Assembly (NCBI GenBank): GCA_016926735.1
Contig: JAFGOA010000140.1
Coordinates: forward strand, 1-22,138
Source: Promethearchaeota archaeon
Lineage (GTDB): Archaea > Asgardarchaeota > Lokiarchaeia > Sigyniarchaeales > SOKP01
Reading direction: 5' to 3'
Length of the DNA: 22,138 nt
Position 1 is the first letter of the stretch. Every line of letters starts with the position of its first letter. The position numbers and the translations under genes are program-made. Below are positions 17,374-22,138 of the stretch, piece by piece. The notes beneath the pieces are model-generated. The model was not told where the DNA came from and made no database searches. It saw only the letters and a program-made list of their open reading frames with translations.

Positions 17374-18261
17374 ATGAATTTAGAAATTACTATGGATATT
17401 ATTGATCTTAGAATTGCAAAAATACTATTAAAAAATTGTAGAATTCCCTATAGAGAAATTGCTAATGATCTAAATTTATCTCTTAATGCAATATATAAGA
17501 GAATAAAAAATATGATTGATAAAGGAGTAATAAGAAATTTTATTGCACGACCAAGTTTGATTGCTATAAATGGAATTCAGATTTTAATATATGGAAAATC
17601 AGTTGGTAAAGATCCAATTAAAATAAGTAAGGAATTGGGTAATTCGAAGAATATCTATTTTGTTGGAATTGCTGGTGGTAATATATTATATATTGATGGA
17701 TATTTACATGATATCTCAGAATTAAATGATTATATTATTAATGTTTCAAAAATTGGTAAATTAGAAAATACTTTATCATTAATAAAAAAACATCCAAAAA
17801 GAATTGAATCTAATAAATTAGGAAAACTTGATTTTAGTATTTTAAATGTTTTAAAGGATGATGGTAGAAAACCTATAAAGGATATAAGTAAACAAATTAA
17901 AATATCTCCAAAAACAATCCGAAATCATATAAAAAATATGATTAATAATGACTTAGTTGAATTTTCAATAAATTTTGCACCCCAAACTCACACATCACAA
18001 TTTCATATATATCTAAAAAGAGAATTGGATTATTATAAAGAATTGAAACGAATTGAAAAGAAATATGAAAAAAATATTTTATATTTACAACAATATAATA
18101 ATGTTCCAAATCTTATTATGATGACTGCTTTAACAAATAGTAATGATGAGGCTAGTAATCTATATTTAGATTTACAGAAAGAGAATTTCGAAGAAATACT
18201 TCATGATGTTTTTTACAATGGTTTTTTTTTTAATACTTGGAGAGAATCATTGGAATATTAG
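17374..18261 (+). CDS. Lrp/AsnC-type transcriptional regulator with two HTH modules
   Basis: 'D.ID..I...L..NCR.PY.EIA..L.LS..A...RI..M...GVI' and a second copy 'LD..IL..L..DGRK....IS....IS.KT...HI..M'. Confidence 0.85.
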   Translation: MNLEITMDIIDLRIAKILLKNCRIPYREIANDLNLSLNAIYKRIKNMIDKGVIRNFIARPSLIAINGIQILIYGKSVGKDPIKISKELGNSKNIYFVGIAGGNILYIDGYLHDISELNDYIINVSKIGKLENTLSLIKKHPKRIESNKLGKLDFSILNVLKDDGRKPIKDISKQIKISPKTIRNHIKNMINNDLVEFSINFAPQTHTSQFHIYLKRELDYYKELKRIEKKYEKNILYLQQYNNVPNLIMMTALTNSNDEASNLYLDLQKENFEEILHDVFYNGFFFNTWRESLEY

Positions 18262-18481
18262 AGATTAAGATGAAAAACTTGTTTTATTAGTTTTAACATT
18301 AAAGTTGAATTTATAACATATATTTTGGATTTAAGTTCCATAATTTCAACTTCAGGTTGTATATAAATTTATATAGAAATCATTAAAATATATTAGTAGA
18401 TATAAATCTCTAATGATGAGACATCTTATAATTATAATAAATTTATAATATTTCTAAATACAAAAAATCTAGGTATTATTT

Positions 18482-19078
18482 ATGATAAGTAATTTAATTG
18501 CAATCTTTATGATTCTAGTTGGATTATTGATGATAGGATTTTGGATTTTTCTCCTAATTAATCGAGAGGAAGAACCAGAATTAATGAAGGAGATTAAAGA
18601 TACTCCATATATGATAAAATTACATATTATTGCTGAATTTACAACAGCTCTATTTTCAATATTATCAGGACTTTTATTTCTTGTTGGAATTGATCAATTA
18701 TGGATATTTATTCCCATTAGTCTTGGTATGATATTTTTTGCTTCGCTTCAAGCATTGGTAAGTTATGCAACAGATGGAGATATAATGTATATAATCATGC
18801 TAGGAATAATAACATTTTTGGCATTATTAGCTATAATATTTGAAATTTCTTTAGGTTTTAATGGAAATATCCCTGGAAGTGAACAACCTTCAGAGATCTT
18901 AGGGATTTGGATATTCGTAGCAATTTGTCTTGGTATGTCTATATATATTGTCATACAGACTATTGGTGTTGAACTTCATTTTGGAAAAAGGAAAAAGTTT
19001 GATAGATATATATCTTTAATAGTCGTTTTATTGTTTCTCTTGATATTAATCGCAATACTAAGTATATTTATATCATAA
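18482..19078 (+). CDS. Multi-pass membrane protein (about 6 TM) with internal repeat
   Basis: Hydrophobic 198-aa ORF containing 'H..AE..TA'. Repeated segment WIFIPISLGM..F..LQ / WIFVAICLGM..Y..IQ. Confidence 0.75.
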   Translation: MISNLIAIFMILVGLLMIGFWIFLLINREEEPELMKEIKDTPYMIKLHIIAEFTTALFSILSGLLFLVGIDQLWIFIPISLGMIFFASLQALVSYATDGDIMYIIMLGIITFLALLAIIFEISLGFNGNIPGSEQPSEILGIWIFVAICLGMSIYIVIQTIGVELHFGKRKKFDRYISLIVVLLFLLILIAILSIFIS

Positions 19079-19135
19079 TTTGTTTAACTCTTAATTACTT
19101 ACTATTATTTTATAGTTTTTTTCCATATATTTTTT

Positions 19136-20404
19136 CTATTTAAGCTGATAATTAACTCCAAGTGTTAATCCAGCAATTTTAAATAAAGTATCTCCTTGAA
19201 TTAATTCTTGTATTTCATCTTTTGTATATTGATGGAAAAAAATTGGATTTAAGCAATCATCATCGTCAGATAAGGGTCGAGTCAGTTTTTTTTTTAAATT
19301 AAGGTCTTTCTTGATTAATTGAAACAATTCTGTATTGTTAAAAAGTCTATAATAGAAACTAATTCCTACAGATTTGGGACGATTATCTTTAAAAAATTGT
19401 ATTACTGTTTTTGTTGATTCTACAGATTCATAAGGATATCCTGTAAGTAAATCAATTGCTAGTTCAATATTATATTTTTTGCAGTATTCTATTATATTTT
19501 CAAGATTATCGTAAGAATAATTGTTTTTTTTTTGAATTTTATCATAACTATCAACAGAGAGAGTAATTAGATACGCATTAGATTTACGTAATAATTGAAA
19601 TAATTCTTCATCATAAGGATTAGGCTTCATATATAATGTCCATTTTAGATTGGAATTTATTTTAGCTAATTCTCTACAAAATTTTTTGCAGAATTCTAAA
19701 TCCTGATTAAATTCACTATCACTTAAATGATAATGATTATATCCATAACTGCTTAGACTATTTATTTCACGAATTATACTCTGAATTTTTCTAAAATCTA
19801 CTTTTTTATTAGCTTCAATACAATAGGGACAATGATTTGAACATCCCACATGAGTTGTAAATCCAATTAATCCATCACTCTTAAGATATCTTGCATAATC
19901 TAGATTTGTTGACCTAATTGGAACCAAATCACTATCTATTCCATATTTCCATCCATTAATAATTTTAATATCTACACAATTATTTTTCCATAAATCTAAA
20001 AAATCTAAAAATGCTTTCTCAGCTGGACCAATTATACCATAATCCGGTTTTAGATAATTGAATATCTCTTCAGGTGAAGCTGAAAATCCAGAACCTCCTA
20101 TTATAATTGGAATTTTGAATTCTTTTAGAAAATCTATAATCTTTTTAAAATCTGGGAGGAAATATTGATTATTAAAATATATACATGAATCGATATTTCT
20201 TATAGAAAACCCAATCAAATCAAATTTTGTCTTTTTGAGGGTTTCTTTAATATCTAAGAAAGGATCATCACTAAATGTTAAATCTAAAATATCTACATCA
20301 TAATTACTATTGATTAGCGATTCTTTTATATACTCTAATCCAATTGGTAAGACAGGAGGATATTTATACATATTTGGATTAATTAATAATATTTTTATAC
20401 TCAT
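19136..20404 (-). CDS. Cobalamin-binding radical SAM protein
   Basis: N-terminal B12-binding domain ('P.GL.Y', 'DL.F', 'IG.SIRN.D', 'IGGSGFS') and CxxxCxxC 'GCSNHCPYC'. Confidence 0.88.
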   Translation of the reverse strand: MSIKILLINPNMYKYPPVLPIGLEYIKESLINSNYDVDILDLTFSDDPFLDIKETLKKTKFDLIGFSIRNIDSCIYFNNQYFLPDFKKIIDFLKEFKIPIIIGGSGFSASPEEIFNYLKPDYGIIGPAEKAFLDFLDLWKNNCVDIKIINGWKYGIDSDLVPIRSTNLDYARYLKSDGLIGFTTHVGCSNHCPYCIEANKKVDFRKIQSIIREINSLSSYGYNHYHLSDSEFNQDLEFCKKFCRELAKINSNLKWTLYMKPNPYDEELFQLLRKSNAYLITLSVDSYDKIQKKNNYSYDNLENIIEYCKKYNIELAIDLLTGYPYESVESTKTVIQFFKDNRPKSVGISFYYRLFNNTELFQLIKKDLNLKKKLTRPLSDDDDCLNPIFFHQYTKDEIQELIQGDTLFKIAGLTLGVNYQLK

Positions 20405-20496
20405 CTTATTTCAATAATATGAAAAATCAAAAATATTTATTCCTTATTTATTACAAATAATCCTTATACAATAATAAAATAATAATTTCTAGAAAT

Positions 20497-21048
20497 ATGA
20501 AGAAAATCCTTGGTATAATTGGAAGTCCAAGAAAAAAAGGAAATACTTTTGAGTTAGTATCAAAAATTCTCGAAGGTTCAAAATCAATAGGAGCTGAAAC
20601 AGATATTATCTATCTTGGAGATTTGAAAATTAGTGAATGTGATGGTTGTCATTCTTGTTGGAAAGGTCTGGAATGTGCTAAGAAAGATGATATGAATGAG
20701 ATATATCCAAAAATTATAAATTCTGATATAATAATATTTGGAACTCCTGTTTATTGGTATGGTCCTACAGCTCTTATAAAAGCATTTTTGGATAGATTTG
20801 TTTTTTTTAATTGTCCTGATAACAGAAATAAAATAAAGGGGAAGAAGACAATACTTGTTATCCCATTTGAAGAAGATAATTTTGATACCGCAAAACCATT
20901 AGAATTGATGTTTGAAAAAAGTTTTGAATACTTAGAACTAATTTTAATTAATAAAATTGTAGTTCCTGGAGTTGGAAAAAAGGGAGATATTCTGAAAAAA
21001 GAAAATGTTTTACAAAATTGTTTTAATATCGGCCAAAGAATTGCATAA
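20497..21048 (+). CDS. Flavodoxin-like / iron-sulfur flavoprotein (NADPH-dependent FMN reductase family)
   Basis: 'GSPRK.GNT', 'CDGCHSC.....C...DDM', 'GTPVYW', 'K.FLDR'. Confidence 0.9.
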   Translation: MKKILGIIGSPRKKGNTFELVSKILEGSKSIGAETDIIYLGDLKISECDGCHSCWKGLECAKKDDMNEIYPKIINSDIIIFGTPVYWYGPTALIKAFLDRFVFFNCPDNRNKIKGKKTILVIPFEEDNFDTAKPLELMFEKSFEYLELILINKIVVPGVGKKGDILKKENVLQNCFNIGQRIA

Positions 21049-21062
21049 AAAATTAGATATAT

Positions 21063-21644
21063 ATGAATAATAAAGAGAATAATCATGAAAAGAAATATCC
21101 AACGATAGCATGTTGTGGTATAGATTGTGGATTATGCCCAACATATTATATTAAAGGGCCATCTAAATGTCCAGGATGCTATGGTCCTAATTTCTTAAAA
21201 AGTCATCCTTCTTGTTCAATAATTAATTGTTGTATAAAAATTAAAGGTTATGAGACTTGTGCTGAATGTAATGAATTAATTTGTGAAAAATTAAAAGAGT
21301 GGGATAAATGTGATTCTTTTGTCTGTCATAGAAAATCACTTGAGAATTTGAGATATATAAAAAATAATTCCCTAGAAGATTTCTTGAGTCAACAGAAAAC
21401 AAGAAAAGAAATTCTTAAAGAAATGTTGGACGAATTTAATGATGGAAGGTCAAAAAGTTTTTTTTGCATATCTACGACATTACTTCCTATCCCTAATTTA
21501 AAAAATGCAATCAAAAAGATTAAACAAAAATTAAATAATAATATTGAAAAAGATGATATTAAAACGAAATCTAAGATCTTAAAGGATATTTTAAATAAAA
21601 TAGCGAAAGAGAAAGGAATTATATTAAAACTAAAAAAAACATAA
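21063..21644 (+). CDS. DUF3795-like Cys-rich protein
   Basis: 'ACCGIDCGLCP.Y.....CPGC', 'C.I..CC...KG..TCAEC....C', 'NL..I', 'FNDGRSKSFFC'. Confidence 0.78.
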   Translation: MNNKENNHEKKYPTIACCGIDCGLCPTYYIKGPSKCPGCYGPNFLKSHPSCSIINCCIKIKGYETCAECNELICEKLKEWDKCDSFVCHRKSLENLRYIKNNSLEDFLSQQKTRKEILKEMLDEFNDGRSKSFFCISTTLLPIPNLKNAIKKIKQKLNNNIEKDDIKTKSKILKDILNKIAKEKGIILKLKKT

Positions 21645-21669
21645 AAAAAATTTTTGATTTTTTTTATTC

Positions 21670-21875
21670 TTACTCTATTTTTTTTTTCATATAAAGAATA
21701 GCATTAACCCCAAGGAAATATTTAAATAAAGAACTTTTCTGATATTTTACTATCTGAAATCCATTTTTTAAATATAAAACACGAGCTTTTTTATTGCTAA
21801 ATATTACATTAAGAGTAACTTTTTTACAATTTCTTTTCTTAGCTAATCTTTGGGATGCAATTAATAATTTTTTAC
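21670..21875 (-). pseudogene. C-terminal half of a GNAT acetyltransferase interrupted by an IS insertion
   Basis: Manual translation: (x)KKLLIASQRLAKKRNCKKVTLNVIFSNKKARVLYLKNGFQIVKYQKSSLFKYFLGVNAILYMKKKIE*. It has the GNAT 'L.V...N..A..LY.K.GF' motif. Upstream the frame runs into the element and meets TGA at 21904-21906. Confidence 0.8.
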
Positions 21876-22138
21876 TAATTTCTCCAAAAGAAAGGCCATT
21901 TTTTCAGGGATGGGATGACTTTTGTGAGAAAATACAAAACTAACACAGTCATTATTTTTAAATATCATAAATATATTTTATAAGATAATGATGATACATT
22001 AAAAAACCAATAATGGATCATTATACTACCGTAGGGGCTACGGGAATTCACGCCTTTGGAGATCGTGTAAGACCTCATTTAATTGAGGCAGTGGTCGAGG
22101 AATTAGGAATCCAAATCCTTCAAGGTTTGGTAGTTCAA
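21876..22138 (+). mobile_element. Non-autonomous IS200/IS605-family mini-element (no tnpA, no tnpB)
   Basis: Left end: TTAC (21872-75), 15 nt, AAAG (21891-94), hairpin CCATTTT-TTCA-GGGATGG (21896-21913). Right end: GAAT (22107-10), hairpin CCAAATCCTTCAAGGTTTGG (22111-30), TAGT, TCAA (22135-38). These match the IS608 CL/GL/GR/CR tetranucleotides. Confidence 0.8.
22025..22138 (+). ncRNA. TnpB omegaRNA (reRNA)-like scaffold overlapping the right end
   Basis: GC-rich island with hairpins CCGTAG-GGG-CTACGG (22029-43), CCTCA-N6-TGAGG (22073-88) and the RE hairpin. It translates as 'TVGATGIHAFGDRVRP...', resembling the TnpB C-terminal tail that overlaps omegaRNA. The 5' boundary is approximate. Confidence 0.7.

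Noticed and set aside
18763-18954. 63-aa minus-strand ORF
   Set aside because: Antisense shadow of the membrane protein gene.
20751-21086. 111-aa minus-strand ORF
   Set aside because: Antisense shadow of the flavodoxin-like gene.
21904-21906. In-frame TGA upstream of the GNAT remnant as possible selenocysteine readthrough
   Set aside because: It lies within the inserted element's left-end hairpin, and further stops occur just upstream in the same frame.
22013-22138. Open frame MDHYTTVGATGIHAFGDRVRP... as the start of a new gene running off the window
   Set aside because: It is better explained as the vestigial TnpB C-terminal tail overlapping the omegaRNA/right end. The dense hairpins and GAAT/TCAA signals argue for an RNA/DNA-level function.
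21876-22138. Self-splicing IStron, tRNA or CRISPR repeat interpretation of the terminal structured region
   Set aside because: The element is antisense to the host gene and has no recognisable group I core, no cloverleaf/T-loop, and no repeated spacer-separated units.

Overview
Very AT-rich archaeal chromosomal segment, most consistent with an Asgard (Lokiarchaeia-like) genome. This is an inference from an archaeal-type uS2, a double-domain Lrp/AsnC regulator, and DUF3795, DUF362, CooC and many small Zn-ribbon proteins. It carries about 25 intact or partial genes: FAD oxidoreductase (5'-partial), GH57, TetR, DJ-1/PfpI, a membrane-anchored HerA-like ATPase, aroK/aroE, tmk, M28 peptidase, HD protein, rps2, cooC, B12 radical SAM and a flavodoxin-like protein. 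Several features are not in the ORF track. (1) The last 263 bp are a protein-less IS200/IS605-type mini-element with IS608-like end signals (TTAC|...AAAG-hairpin at left, GAAT-hairpin...TCAA at right) and a TnpB omegaRNA-like scaffold, inserted in a GNAT acetyltransferase gene. (2) A tandem array of four paralogous LITAF-like (CxxC-hydrophobic-CxxC) plus zinc-ribbon membrane proteins has a co-duplicated upstream motif. (3) Phased palindromic operators sit beside the TetR gene. (4) A 56-aa zinc-ribbon gene was missed by the ORF caller. All family assignments come from motif recognition by eye; no database searches were run.
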